From: Desulfobacterales bacterium
GTDB lineage: Bacteria > Desulfobacterota > Desulfobacteria > Desulfobacterales > UBA5616
Direction of reading: 5' to 3'
Length of the DNA: 64,000 nucleotides
Assembly: GCA_046483495.1 (NCBI GenBank)
Contig: JAWODC010000044.1
Coordinates: 32,001 to 96,000 of the forward strand
Made by a program: the position numbers and the translations under genes. Of this stretch, positions 46,886 to 56,880 are shown piece after piece (position 1 is the first letter of the stretch; the number at the start of each line of letters is the position of its first letter). The notes beneath the pieces are model-generated. The model was given only the letters and a program-made list of their open reading frames with translations. It did not search any database and was not told the DNA's origin.

Positions 46886-49866
46886 AATAGTGCCTGCCAT
46901 TTGACGGGTATTCTCACCATGCTGCCGGCCTTGTTGGTGAACAGAAGATAGCCGTTTTTTACGCCGAATTGAAATAAATCCCGTGTCAATCGGACATCAT
47001 CCCGGCAGTAGCGGCGGATCTCATGGATTCTTCCCTCTTTCCACCACTTCAGCGCTTTTAGACCGTCACCGGATTTTTTCATTCCCAACGTATAGCTGCA
47101 CAGATGATCCAGAGACAGCCGGTAACCCAGATGCCGGTAAACATCTTCAAGAATATCCAGCGTCCGGAAACTGCTGAAATCGAATCGGGTATATCCTCCG
47201 AGAACCCGATAATCGAACCGCTTGATATTGAATCCAACGACCAGTTCGAGCTGCTTCATCCCGGCAATGAGGTCTTCGATCTGATGTTCCGAAAATTCAA
47301 GGTATTCATCCGTATTCGAAACATACAGTACGGCACAACTGATTCCCATCTTATGCGCGCGGTGCCATCCCCCCACCTCATCGGCGGAACGCTGAGTCTC
47401 GAGATCCAGCACCCCGAAACAACACCGGTGCAGCACTTCTTCGCATCCGGTCGGCATGTCATTGCAGACAGGGACCTGCTTTTTTCGAACAGCGCGGATT
47501 GCCTTTGCCGACCGCTTTCGCATTCCGGAAAGCGCAATGGATATCTTATCGCGTCGGATTGCTCCCAACGGCTTTTGGTCATCGAAGCGGCCGTTTGGAA
47601 GAGACACCTCCGGATCTTTAAGCATCCTTGCAAGAATAAAGAAAGCCGCCTGCTTGTCGATAGGGCGGTTCCCGGACCCGCACTTCGGCGAATGAACACA
47701 ACTCGGGCATCCTCTTTCACAAGGGCAGTCACGGATCGCCTTCAAGGTGTGGCTCAGCAGGTCTCCTATTTTCTTAAAGGCCGTTTGCGTCAGTCCGGCG
47801 CCACCGGCAACACCATCGTAGACAAATACGGCGGGACCACCGACCTGCGGGTGGTGAGGGGTGGATATGCCGCCAAGATCGTTTCTGTCCGTCATCACCA
47901 GAAGGGGAAAAATGCCGATTGCCGCATGCTCGATGGCATGTATGCCGCCCATGAAATGAAGGCAGTTCGCTTCCGTATCTTCCTGCACGAAAGCCGGGAT
48001 GTGAATCCACAACCCGTCGGTTTCAAATGTCAGGGGCGGCAGATCCAATGAAATTCGATGTAACCGTTTTTTATGGTATAGCGTCCATTTTTCATACCCG
48101 TAAACCTGTTCGGTGACTTTAAGCCTTCCCGAATACACGTCGGTTCCCAGGTGGGTGGTGCGGTCGTAAATGTCGAGGATTTCCGTTTCCTTCTGCGATA
48201 ATGCACGGGTATAATAGGGAAGGTTCGCCGGTGAAGCCGTTGCCGTACACGTACCGATATCCAGAGATTCGATATGGTAGGTCTCTCCCATATGCAGGTA
48301 TACCGCACCCGGATGCGTTTCCTTGAAAGCGCGAAAAGCGTCGATTTCTCCGATAACGGTCCGGGTTTTGGAATCTACGATCGCATAACGATTTCCGGAC
48401 CCTCGTAAATCCACATCGCGGTGCGGCATTTTCCGGTTGGAAAACCATTCAACACCCGAAGCCCCTCGTAACAATCCGCCGTTTTCCTCCAGTTCGGATA
48501 CCATGTTTCGTATCGGCGGTTCGGCAAGATACGGCTCTTTTTCGCTCAGGGCCAGCTCGGCGGCCGCACATATCATGTGTTTGCCAATGATATGCCGGTT
48601 GTACGGATTAATGACGGCGCTTTCCGGTTCACGGGTGATCAAGTCGTCCGGATGCCGCATAAAATACTGGTCAAGAGCGTCTTCTCCGGCGATGAGGACC
48701 AGTGCGGAATCCTGCCCGCTTCTGCCGACCCGCCCCCCACGCTGAAGCGTCGAAATCACCGTTCCCGGATAACCGACAAGCAGGCAAAGATCCAGATCAC
48801 CGATATCGATGCCGAGTTCGAGCGCGCTGGTCGAAATAACGGCCAGCAGGTCCCCTTCAGCCAGGCGATTTTCAATCGATCGTCTTTCTTCCGGCAAAAA
48901 TCCTGCGCGATAAGCGCTGATACGGTGCCGGTCGTCACCGGCCCTGTTTTGCACCCACATGGCAAGCAGTTCCGCCATTTTCCTGGATTGGGTGTACACG
49001 ATCGTTCTCAATTCTCGATGCAGGGCGGCCTTCAGCAGAGCGATAACCACCCGGGACATTCCCTCGACCGGGTCGATGAAAAGCACATGCCGCTTTCCCT
49101 GGGGAGCTCCGCTCCGGGTGACGGCGTGAACGTCTAGACCGGTGAGCTGCCGTGCCAGCTGTTCCGGATTGGAAATGGTTGCAGAGCAAAACACGAAGGT
49201 CGGCGAGGATCCGTAATGGGCGCAAATGCGTTTGAGCCGCCGGAACACCTGGGCCATATGCGACCCCATCACGCCCCGATAGATGTGAACTTCATCCACG
49301 ACAACGATCTTCAATGCGGAAAAAAAATTCTCCCACTTTCGGTGATACGGCAGAAAAGACAGGTGCAGCATTTCCGGGTTGGTAAAAACGGCATTAGGGA
49401 GGTTTTCCCGAATCTTTTTGCGCTTCCACGCCGTCGTATCTCCGTCGTAAATCGCCGCCGTCGGGTTTGCCCGGTGCAGTTTTTCGGACAGCATGGAAAA
49501 AGCCTGCAGTTGGTCCTGGGCCAGTGCTTTTAAGGGGAAAATATACAGCGCTTTAGAGGAGGGGTCCTCCAAAATATGTTCGAACACCGGCACGTTATAA
49601 ATCAGCGTCTTTCCGCTCGCTGTCGGCGTCGCAACGACGGTATGAAGGCCGCGTCCGACATGGGCCAGGGCTTCGGCTTGATGGGCATAAAGCCCCGTTA
49701 TGCCCATCGCCTGCAATGCCGCACGGATTTCAGGCACCCGGGAAGCGCCGCAATCATCCCATTTCGCCGGAAAACCGGGAAGAATGCGATGAAAAGCCAC
49801 CTGGTCCTTCATGCGGCAGGATGTTTTCAGCGATTCAACATACTCATTGATGTCGGATGATTTCAT
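46882..49866 (-). CDS. MrfA/Hrq1-type DEAH helicase (DUF1998) fused to a DEDD/RNase H-like exonuclease
   Basis: LYAHQ, TPTASGKT, DEVH, SAT, ALELGIDIG, QRGGRVGR, CPCERGCPSC; C-terminal LDLETQ / GFNIKRFD / YCRDDV. Start placed at MKSSD. Confidence 0.9.
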   Translation of the reverse strand: MKSSDINEYVESLKTSCRMKDQVAFHRILPGFPAKWDDCGASRVPEIRAALQAMGITGLYAHQAEALAHVGRGLHTVVATPTASGKTLIYNVPVFEHILEDPSSKALYIFPLKALAQDQLQAFSMLSEKLHRANPTAAIYDGDTTAWKRKKIRENLPNAVFTNPEMLHLSFLPYHRKWENFFSALKIVVVDEVHIYRGVMGSHMAQVFRRLKRICAHYGSSPTFVFCSATISNPEQLARQLTGLDVHAVTRSGAPQGKRHVLFIDPVEGMSRVVIALLKAALHRELRTIVYTQSRKMAELLAMWVQNRAGDDRHRISAYRAGFLPEERRSIENRLAEGDLLAVISTSALELGIDIGDLDLCLLVGYPGTVISTLQRGGRVGRSGQDSALVLIAGEDALDQYFMRHPDDLITREPESAVINPYNRHIIGKHMICAAAELALSEKEPYLAEPPIRNMVSELEENGGLLRGASGVEWFSNRKMPHRDVDLRGSGNRYAIVDSKTRTVIGEIDAFRAFKETHPGAVYLHMGETYHIESLDIGTCTATASPANLPYYTRALSQKETEILDIYDRTTHLGTDVYSGRLKVTEQVYGYEKWTLYHKKRLHRISLDLPPLTFETDGLWIHIPAFVQEDTEANCLHFMGGIHAIEHAAIGIFPLLVMTDRNDLGGISTPHHPQVGGPAVFVYDGVAGGAGLTQTAFKKIGDLLSHTLKAIRDCPCERGCPSCVHSPKCGSGNRPIDKQAAFFILARMLKDPEVSLPNGRFDDQKPLGAIRRDKISIALSGMRKRSAKAIRAVRKKQVPVCNDMPTGCEEVLHRCCFGVLDLETQRSADEVGGWHRAHKMGISCAVLYVSNTDEYLEFSEHQIEDLIAGMKQLELVVGFNIKRFDYRVLGGYTRFDFSSFRTLDILEDVYRHLGYRLSLDHLCSYTLGMKKSGDGLKALKWWKEGRIHEIRRYCRDDVRLTRDLFQFGVKNGYLLFTNKAGSMVRIPVKWQALF

Positions 49867-50234
49867 ATCAACGTGAATGCCGTGGACCGGCGCCCTGGAT
49901 TTCGGCTGCCGGGCCTTTAACGAAATGGTCAGCCGGTTATCGTGTGAAAAAAACTTTAAAATTGACAAAAAGTAATATATAGGAAATTGTATTAACGGAA
50001 TATTTTTAATATTCAGAAAATACATCTGAAAGCCGGTTCATTGGAAGACCCGCACTTATACAGTTTAAACCGCTACGCAATCGATCGTCTTCATGGTTTG
50101 GAAATCATGAATGGTGATGGCGGTCGATGCTTCTTGTCCCAACATAATCCACTGGTCGTTCAGCTTGCCTCTCCTTTATCACATCGATTGAAAAACACCA
50201 AAAAATTTATTCTGGCCTTTTCCGGAGGCCCTGT

Positions 50235-51497
50235 ATGGTAACCGGTCAGTTGTTGATATTGGTGCTGCTCCTGATGCTTTCGGGCGTCTTCTCATCCGCG
50301 GAAACCGCTCTGTTTTCCATCAGCAAAACAAAAGCGCGGCATATGGCCAAGTCGGGATTAAAAACCTTTACCTTGATTCACGAGATGAAGCAAAATCCGC
50401 ATAAGCTGCTTACTACCATCCTTATCGGCAACAACCTAGTGAATATCGGGGCTTCGGCGCTGGCGACATCGATAACGATACAACTGATCCCCAACTATGC
50501 CGTCGGGATGGCCACCGGCATCATGACGCTGCTCATTCTGGTATTCGGTGAAGTTTTCCCGAAATCGATCGCCACCCGCAATAACATACTGATTTCAAAA
50601 ATCCTGATATATCCCATATTCTGGATGTCCATCGTCTTTTTACCGCTTATTTTCATGCTGAACTTCATTCCGAAAATTACCGGTAAAATCAAAAAAACGC
50701 CGTCTGTAACCGAAGAAGAGCTCATGACGTTTGTCGAAGTTGTGGAGGAAGAAGGCGAAATCAACGAACAGGAAGTGGAGCTCATCTACAATATTTTTGA
50801 GTTGAATGATACGACCGCTTCCGAAATCATGACTCCGCGGGCGGACATGTTCGTCATCGGGGTGAATCAAAAGCCGGACCTCGGCGCCATCCTGAAATCG
50901 GGATTCACCCGGATACCGGTAATCGAGGAGGATATCGACCATGTGATCGGCATCGTGAACATCAAAGACCTCTTTGCTTTTTATATTGCCTCGGGAAGCG
51001 ATATCGATATCCGTAATATCATGACCCCCCCCTACTTCGTTCCTGAAAATAAGAAGCTGGATACGCTTCTGCAGCATTTTAAACGACGAAAAAATCACAT
51101 CGCCATTGTGGTGGATGAACATGGCGGGGTTTCCGGGTTAATCACCTTAGAAGATGCGATCGAGGAACTTGTGGGTGAAATCGTGGATGAAACCGACAAG
51201 GAAGAACCCCTGATTCAATCGGCGGCTGAAGATGAGTGGATCGTTCTTGGGAAGACCGAAATAGAGGAAGTCAATGACCAGTTGAAAATGGCGATCCCCG
51301 ATTCAGACCGGTATGATACATTTTCAGGCTTCATTTTAGATTATATCGACCGAATTCCCAATGAAAATGACGAAATAAGCCTTGAGGATTTTCGGGTTAC
51401 CGTTTTGGAGAAGGAAGGCAACCGCATCAACAAGTACATCGTCAAGAAAACCCGGTCTGCGGAGACTGCGGTTGCCGAAAGCAAGGCTCAGGGATAG
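50235..51497 (+). CDS. Hemolysin/CNNM family protein (DUF21-CBS-CorC)
   Basis: FSSAETA, ILIGNNLVN, FGEVFPK, IMTPR, VDEHGGVSGLITLED. Confidence 0.94.
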   Translation: MVTGQLLILVLLLMLSGVFSSAETALFSISKTKARHMAKSGLKTFTLIHEMKQNPHKLLTTILIGNNLVNIGASALATSITIQLIPNYAVGMATGIMTLLILVFGEVFPKSIATRNNILISKILIYPIFWMSIVFLPLIFMLNFIPKITGKIKKTPSVTEEELMTFVEVVEEEGEINEQEVELIYNIFELNDTTASEIMTPRADMFVIGVNQKPDLGAILKSGFTRIPVIEEDIDHVIGIVNIKDLFAFYIASGSDIDIRNIMTPPYFVPENKKLDTLLQHFKRRKNHIAIVVDEHGGVSGLITLEDAIEELVGEIVDETDKEEPLIQSAAEDEWIVLGKTEIEEVNDQLKMAIPDSDRYDTFSGFILDYIDRIPNENDEISLEDFRVTVLEKEGNRINKYIVKKTRSAETAVAESKAQG

Positions 51498-51538
51498 CGT
51501 CTGCAATTTTCGAAAATCCGCGTTCTCTCCCCCTTCAC

Positions 51539-52873
51539 TTATATATTGCCGTCAAAGAAACGGGTAGCGAACAGCCGCTTCTGATAGTCCAGGTATGCAT
51601 CGATCGTCATTTCAGGCGTGAATCGGCGGATGATATTCAGGGCGGTCTCGGCATTCCCGAAGAAAAGATCGATTGCGGTCATGGCCAGCAATTTGGCGGC
51701 GGTCACATAGACCAGCTCTTTATCCATAATCGCGAAATCCGCGCCGTGGCCTGTTCCGGTGATTCCGCCGACGGCAGGATGAAGGGCCGGCATCAGGTGT
51801 GATATATCCCCCATATCCGTGGATCCCGCACCATGGCCGACTTGTGCAAATTCGTTTTCCCCCAAAAGCGAAAAGGCATTGCGCTTGAATACTTCCGCCA
51901 AACCGGAATTGTTGATCAGCGGCATGTAGCCTGGAATGGTTTGAATTTCTACGCCGGCGCCGACTGCGGCTGCACCGGCTTTCAGTGCCCGATCCACCTT
52001 TTTTTCCGCGTCGGCAATAACGGCATTGGTGCGGCCACGAATAAACGTTTCCAGACATACCTCCGATGGCACGACATTTACGAGAGATCCGCCTTTGGTA
52101 ATGATGGGATGAATTCGAACGGCGTCCCGATCCCGGAACGTTTCCCGTTGCGCGTGTATAGCGGAAAGCGCGATCTGTGCGGCGTTCAGTGCATTGATGC
52201 CGTGGTGGGGGGCATTGCCGGCATGGGCGGCTTTGCCGATAAACCGAACCCGCTTTACGATACAGCCGTTGGACGATGTCCCAAGGATAACTTTTTCCGA
52301 GTCCTTTCGGGTATGGCCATGGACCATCATCGCCATGTGGATGTCGGTAAAGCATCCCATTCGAATCAATTCCTGCTTCCCGGCCGGCAGTCCGATCTTT
52401 CCGCTTTCGATCAAGCCCATTCGGTAATCGATTTCGACAAGCTCTTCCGCGGGCACGGCAAAAAAAACCAGGTTTCCGGAGATATGGTCCTCTATTCGGC
52501 AGGCCTTCAAGCCGATCATGGCACCGAGCATAGCGGCGATTTGCCCGTTATGGCCGCATGCGTGAGCCGCTCCGGTTTTCTTATCCGCCATGGGATGTTC
52601 ATCGACCCGCACGGCATCGAGTTCGCCCAAGATCCCAAGCGACGGCCCGGGGCCTCGGCCTTGAATGTCTCCCCTGACACCGGTGACGGCCAGTCCGGTC
52701 CGGTAAGCGACATCACGGGATGCCATCACCTGCGCCGCCAAGGCAGCAGTCTTATACTCTTTAAAACCCATTTCCGGCTGACTCAGGATGGCATCCCCGA
52801 TCGCTATGATTTCATCGGCGGCTTCGTCGATCGCCGCACAGACGCTTATTTTCAGTTCATCCCGGGTGGCCAT
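51539..52873 (-). CDS. M20-family amidohydrolase
   Basis: PEMGFKE, ELDA, HACGHN, PAEE, GKAAHAG, GSTDMGDIS. Confidence 0.92.
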   Translation of the reverse strand: MATRDELKISVCAAIDEAADEIIAIGDAILSQPEMGFKEYKTAALAAQVMASRDVAYRTGLAVTGVRGDIQGRGPGPSLGILGELDAVRVDEHPMADKKTGAAHACGHNGQIAAMLGAMIGLKACRIEDHISGNLVFFAVPAEELVEIDYRMGLIESGKIGLPAGKQELIRMGCFTDIHMAMMVHGHTRKDSEKVILGTSSNGCIVKRVRFIGKAAHAGNAPHHGINALNAAQIALSAIHAQRETFRDRDAVRIHPIITKGGSLVNVVPSEVCLETFIRGRTNAVIADAEKKVDRALKAGAAAVGAGVEIQTIPGYMPLINNSGLAEVFKRNAFSLLGENEFAQVGHGAGSTDMGDISHLMPALHPAVGGITGTGHGADFAIMDKELVYVTAAKLLAMTAIDLFFGNAETALNIIRRFTPEMTIDAYLDYQKRLFATRFFDGNI

Positions 52874-52900
52874 CGAAAGCCTTTCAGCTTAAAGTGGGCA

Positions 52901-53461
52901 TCATTTCACACGTTCGACATACATGCCGGTGCGGGTGTCGATGCGGATCATTTCACCCTCTTCAATAAAAGGGGGCACCTGAATGACCACACCCGTTTCC
53001 ATCGTGGCCGGTTTCGTGTCCCCGGATGCCGTGTCGCCCTTTACCCATGGATCGGCTTTTTCCACTTTGAGATCGACGAAATAAGGCAAAGTGATTTCAA
53101 TAGGCTTGTCTTCGAAAAGCAGCACTGTGCAGACCGTATTCTCCTTCAACAACCCCTTGGCCTCCCCGACCTGATCCGGCGTCATCATCTCCTGTTCGTA
53201 CGTCGAGGTGTTCATGAAACAGTAATTCTCCCCGTCGTTATACAGGTACTCCATTTCGACTTCTTCGAGATTCGCCTCGTTGAACTTATCGCCCGATCGA
53301 AATGTCCGCTCGAATTGAGCACCGGTCAGCATGTTCTTCAGTTTGCATTTGTAAAGGGCCTGGCCCTTACCGGGTTTGACGAAATCGAATTGGTTGATGA
53401 TATACGGTTCGCCGTCCATTTCGAATTTTAAGCCTTTTCTTAAATCACTGGCTTCATACAT
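52901..53461 (-). CDS. efp: Elongation factor P
   Basis: VKPGKGQA, YLYNDG, KGDTA, VPPFIEEGE.IRIDTRTG.Y. Confidence 0.98.
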   Translation of the reverse strand: MYEASDLRKGLKFEMDGEPYIINQFDFVKPGKGQALYKCKLKNMLTGAQFERTFRSGDKFNEANLEEVEMEYLYNDGENYCFMNTSTYEQEMMTPDQVGEAKGLLKENTVCTVLLFEDKPIEITLPYFVDLKVEKADPWVKGDTASGDTKPATMETGVVIQVPPFIEEGEMIRIDTRTGMYVERVK

Positions 53462-53478
53462 GACAATATGGTCCTCCT

Positions 53479-54336
53479 CTAAATCGTATTTCGGGTAGGC
53501 ATCTCTTGCACAGCGCGCCGGACTTCTGAAACAAGATGTCGAACCTTCTCCGGATCTTTTTTAAACCGGATGACGTTGCCCCGAACATCGAAGGCGTTGG
53601 TGCGGGTGCAACTGTCCACACCCGCAGGCTGAACGCTCATCACCGCTTCGTACACATTTTCCGGTGAAATCCCCCCTGCCAGAATTACAGGGATACGGCT
53701 TTCTTTTGCCAACTCGGCCGCTTTCTCCCAGTCGCACGTTTCACCGGTTATGCCGACGAATCCATTTTCAGGCTGGACGGCTGATGTGGTTTCGTTATCC
53801 GGCAGTCGAAACGTGTCGATCAAAAAACAGTCACTTACGGGCTCAAACATCCGCATCCATTCGAGGCTCGGAATATGTCGACCCTTTCCGCGCGGAGCAA
53901 CCGGAATGGTCCTCATGATTATAATTTCCGGAAATCGCCTTCTAAAGCCCTCCTGAAGAGACATGATCCGGCCGATGCGATCGGAAGTATGATGATTTTC
54001 CGCATCCGTGAGGGTTTCACAGAAGTGAAGAATATCCGGTGCATAATAGTCCGCTGACCGGAAAACCGCATCCGCATCATCGAACAGGGGTATCATGCTG
54101 TTCTTTACCCCGGTATTTTCACAGATCCGGATCGCCTTCCGTATATCCCGGTTTTTCCATGAATCTGCCGACAACAGAACGCTCCCCAGCCGGTTGACCC
54201 CCAGTTCGATCATGGCTTCCGCTTCACCCGGCGTCTGAATCTCATATATCTGCACAAGTACGCCATGTGAGAATGAATCAGCGGCTTTCCCCGATATTTC
54301 GGCCTTATCATCAACGACTACGTCCACGGTCTTCAC
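53479..54336 (-). CDS. Divergent phosphoribosylanthranilate isomerase (TrpF)-like TIM barrel
   Basis: FLIDT, GITGETCDW, PVILAGGISPENV, PAGVDS, KD; atypical N-terminus. Confidence 0.75.
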   Translation of the reverse strand: MKTVDVVVDDKAEISGKAADSFSHGVLVQIYEIQTPGEAEAMIELGVNRLGSVLLSADSWKNRDIRKAIRICENTGVKNSMIPLFDDADAVFRSADYYAPDILHFCETLTDAENHHTSDRIGRIMSLQEGFRRRFPEIIIMRTIPVAPRGKGRHIPSLEWMRMFEPVSDCFLIDTFRLPDNETTSAVQPENGFVGITGETCDWEKAAELAKESRIPVILAGGISPENVYEAVMSVQPAGVDSCTRTNAFDVRGNVIRFKKDPEKVRHLVSEVRRAVQEMPTRNTI

Positions 54337-54488
54337 GGCTCCTTTCCGTACGGCGTTCGTCCCATAAAATAAAGTTGACTTTTCGCCTTGTCTCTAACAT
54401 ATTTCAATATGTTAAGGCAATCGGTTTCAACCCGTACTCAAATCATGCACCAACTACTGACCACGGAAAATGGGGATAGCAGGCGACA

Positions 54489-56018
54489 ATGATATTGGTT
54501 ATCGACTTCGGATCTCAATACAATCAGCTCATCGCTCGGCGGGTCAGAGAGTGCCGGGTCTTTTGTAAAATCGTTCCCCCGGAGATATCCATCGACACGA
54601 TTCGGACGATGAAGCCCGAGGGGATTATTCTGTCAGGCGGACCATCGAGCATATACGAAGAAAACAGCCCTAAAATCGATACGGCCGTATTTGACCTGTG
54701 CATTCCCATTCTCGGGATCTGCTACGGAATGCACTTCATGGTCGATGCATTAGGCGGTATCGTGAAAAGGGCGAAAAAAAGAGAATACGGATTTGCAAAA
54801 CTTCACCTGCAAAAACAGGACCCCCTCTTTAAGGGGATCGATTCCCCGGTTACCTGCTGGATGAGCCACGGCGATTCCATCGAAAAACTCCCCAAGGGGT
54901 TCACGGAAACCGCCCGTACGGACAATACGCCCGTTGCCGCCGCCCAACATGAAAAAATGCGGTTTTACGCGCTTCAATTTCATCCCGAAGTGCATCACAC
55001 GATCAATGGCAAACAGATGTTGAAGCATTTTCTTTTCGATGTCTGCGGCTGCAAACCGACCTGGACGATGAAATCCTTCGCGGCTGATGCCATTCGGGAA
55101 ATACGGGAAAGCACCGGGGATAAAAAGGTGATCCTCGGGCTGAGCGGCGGAGTGGATTCATCGGTGGGAGCGGTGCTGATTCATCGTGCCATAGGAGATC
55201 GATTGACCTGTATTTTTATCGATAACGGTCTCTTGAGAAAAAACGAGGGGCAAAAACTTAAGGCGTCCTTCAAGGAGCGGCTCCATCTCAATATTCGGTA
55301 TGTCAATGCCAAAAACACATTTCTCAAGCCCCTGGCAAATGTCACGGATCCTGAGAAAAAAAGAAAAATCATCGGCAAGGTCTTTATGGATGTGTTCGAG
55401 GCGGAAGCCGCAAAAATCAAAGGCGCTGAATTTCTCGCCCAGGGCACCCTTTACCCGGATGTCATCGAATCCCGGTCGGCGTTCGGCGGCCCCACATCGA
55501 TCATCAAGAGCCACCATAACGTAGGTGGGCTTCCCAAAAAAATGAAGTTGAAGCTGGTGGAGCCCTTAAAATTCCTTTTTAAAGACGAGGTGCGCAAACT
55601 AGGCCGGACGCTGGGGCTTCCGGACGAGCTGGTATGGCGCCAGCCATTCCCCGGCCCCGGGCTGGCGGTTCGCATTATCGGCGAAATTTCTCAAAAGCGC
55701 CTCAACATCCTTCGGGAGGCGGACGATATCTTGATGGAAGAGATTAAACGAGCCGGCTATTATAAAAAATTGTGGCAGTCCTTTGCCGTTCTGCTGCCGA
55801 TAAAAAGTGTCGGTGTAATGGGGGACCAAAGAACATATGAACACATCATCGCCGTCCGCGCCGTCACCAGCCGGGACGCTATGACGGCGGATTGGGCCAG
55901 GCTGCCGCAAGCGCTTCTCGGCGCCATATCCAACCGGATCATCAACGAGGTCGCCGGCGTAAACCGGGTTGTATACGACATCAGTTCAAAACCTCCGAGC
56001 ACCATTGAATGGGAATGA
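54489..56018 (+). CDS. guaA: GMP synthase (glutamine-hydrolysing)
   Basis: DFGSQY, GICYG, QFHPEV, SGGVDS, IKSHHNVGG, PFPGPGL, KPPSTIEWE. Confidence 0.98.
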   Translation: MILVIDFGSQYNQLIARRVRECRVFCKIVPPEISIDTIRTMKPEGIILSGGPSSIYEENSPKIDTAVFDLCIPILGICYGMHFMVDALGGIVKRAKKREYGFAKLHLQKQDPLFKGIDSPVTCWMSHGDSIEKLPKGFTETARTDNTPVAAAQHEKMRFYALQFHPEVHHTINGKQMLKHFLFDVCGCKPTWTMKSFAADAIREIRESTGDKKVILGLSGGVDSSVGAVLIHRAIGDRLTCIFIDNGLLRKNEGQKLKASFKERLHLNIRYVNAKNTFLKPLANVTDPEKKRKIIGKVFMDVFEAEAAKIKGAEFLAQGTLYPDVIESRSAFGGPTSIIKSHHNVGGLPKKMKLKLVEPLKFLFKDEVRKLGRTLGLPDELVWRQPFPGPGLAVRIIGEISQKRLNILREADDILMEEIKRAGYYKKLWQSFAVLLPIKSVGVMGDQRTYEHIIAVRAVTSRDAMTADWARLPQALLGAISNRIINEVAGVNRVVYDISSKPPSTIEWE

Positions 56019-56022
56019 CAAC

Positions 56023-56874
56023 ATGGACGAACAGGGCAGTCATAATTTCAAAATACGATTCGATATCGATGACATACAGAATGATGAGAATCACAAGTCA
56101 GGAAAGGATCCCGGCAAATCCATCCGCCGCGTGTGGACGGTCGCCGTTCTCTTGCCGTGTTTGATCGGCATCGGTCTGGCAGTTGCGTATGTGGATGTCA
56201 AGAAGCGTTTCGATGCGAACATCGATGAGCATGCCGCCGCGGTTTCGAAATCGTCCAAAGCGGTTGAAACCCAACTGGCCGCAATGTCGGCCGACTATGA
56301 GGCGTTGACCAAAAAAGTGGATGCCGCCATCTCGAGGATGACCGACATGGATGCATCCGTGAGCAAACTTGCATCCGCACAGGACGATATCGACGCATTC
56401 GAAAGCACCATATCCGAATTGCAGGGTAAAATCGCTCCGTTTGAAAAGGATATTACGGCGCTGAAGTCCGATATACCGTCTTTGAAATCGAACATCGACG
56501 CTCTGGATTCCAAATTCAAATCGAATACAGACGCGCTGCACTCGGGCATTGCAGCCGTTTCCAAAAGCATAGATAAAACAACGGCAGCCCTGACCGAGCT
56601 TCAAAAAACAGTCTCGGCCAACAGCGGCCGGTTAAAGACCGCCCAGGGCGAATTGGAGAAGCTCCAAAACAGCAAAATGGATAAACGGTCTTTTACGGCA
56701 ATGCAGGATGAGCATGAACAATACGGCCGCCTGATCGGAACATTAAACCAGGAAATCGGTACGTTAAAGTATGAATTCAAATCATTGGAGCGTCGTCTGA
56801 ATGGAATACAAGAAAACAGCGCCTCCCCTTCGGGTTCGAACGGTGAAATCATCATCGAGCAGTCAATCCCTTGA
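56023..56874 (+). CDS. Single-pass membrane coiled-coil protein
   Basis: One hydrophobic segment (VWTVAVLLPCLIGIGLAVAYV) then a long heptad-rich helix; start placed at MDEQG. Confidence 0.75.
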   Translation: MDEQGSHNFKIRFDIDDIQNDENHKSGKDPGKSIRRVWTVAVLLPCLIGIGLAVAYVDVKKRFDANIDEHAAAVSKSSKAVETQLAAMSADYEALTKKVDAAISRMTDMDASVSKLASAQDDIDAFESTISELQGKIAPFEKDITALKSDIPSLKSNIDALDSKFKSNTDALHSGIAAVSKSIDKTTAALTELQKTVSANSGRLKTAQGELEKLQNSKMDKRSFTAMQDEHEQYGRLIGTLNQEIGTLKYEFKSLERRLNGIQENSASPSGSNGEIIIEQSIP

Positions 56875-56880
56875 TGCGAA

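Noticed and set aside
47104..48051. 315-aa plus-strand ORF, and similar shadows at 17509-18369, 8541-9419, 10612-11499, 13117-13989, 28296-29054 and 38018-38812
   Set aside because: Each lies largely or wholly opposite well-supported genes; typical antisense open frames.
51833..53431. 532-aa plus-strand ORF
   Set aside because: Antisense shadow of the M20 amidohydrolase and efp, with no recognisable motifs.
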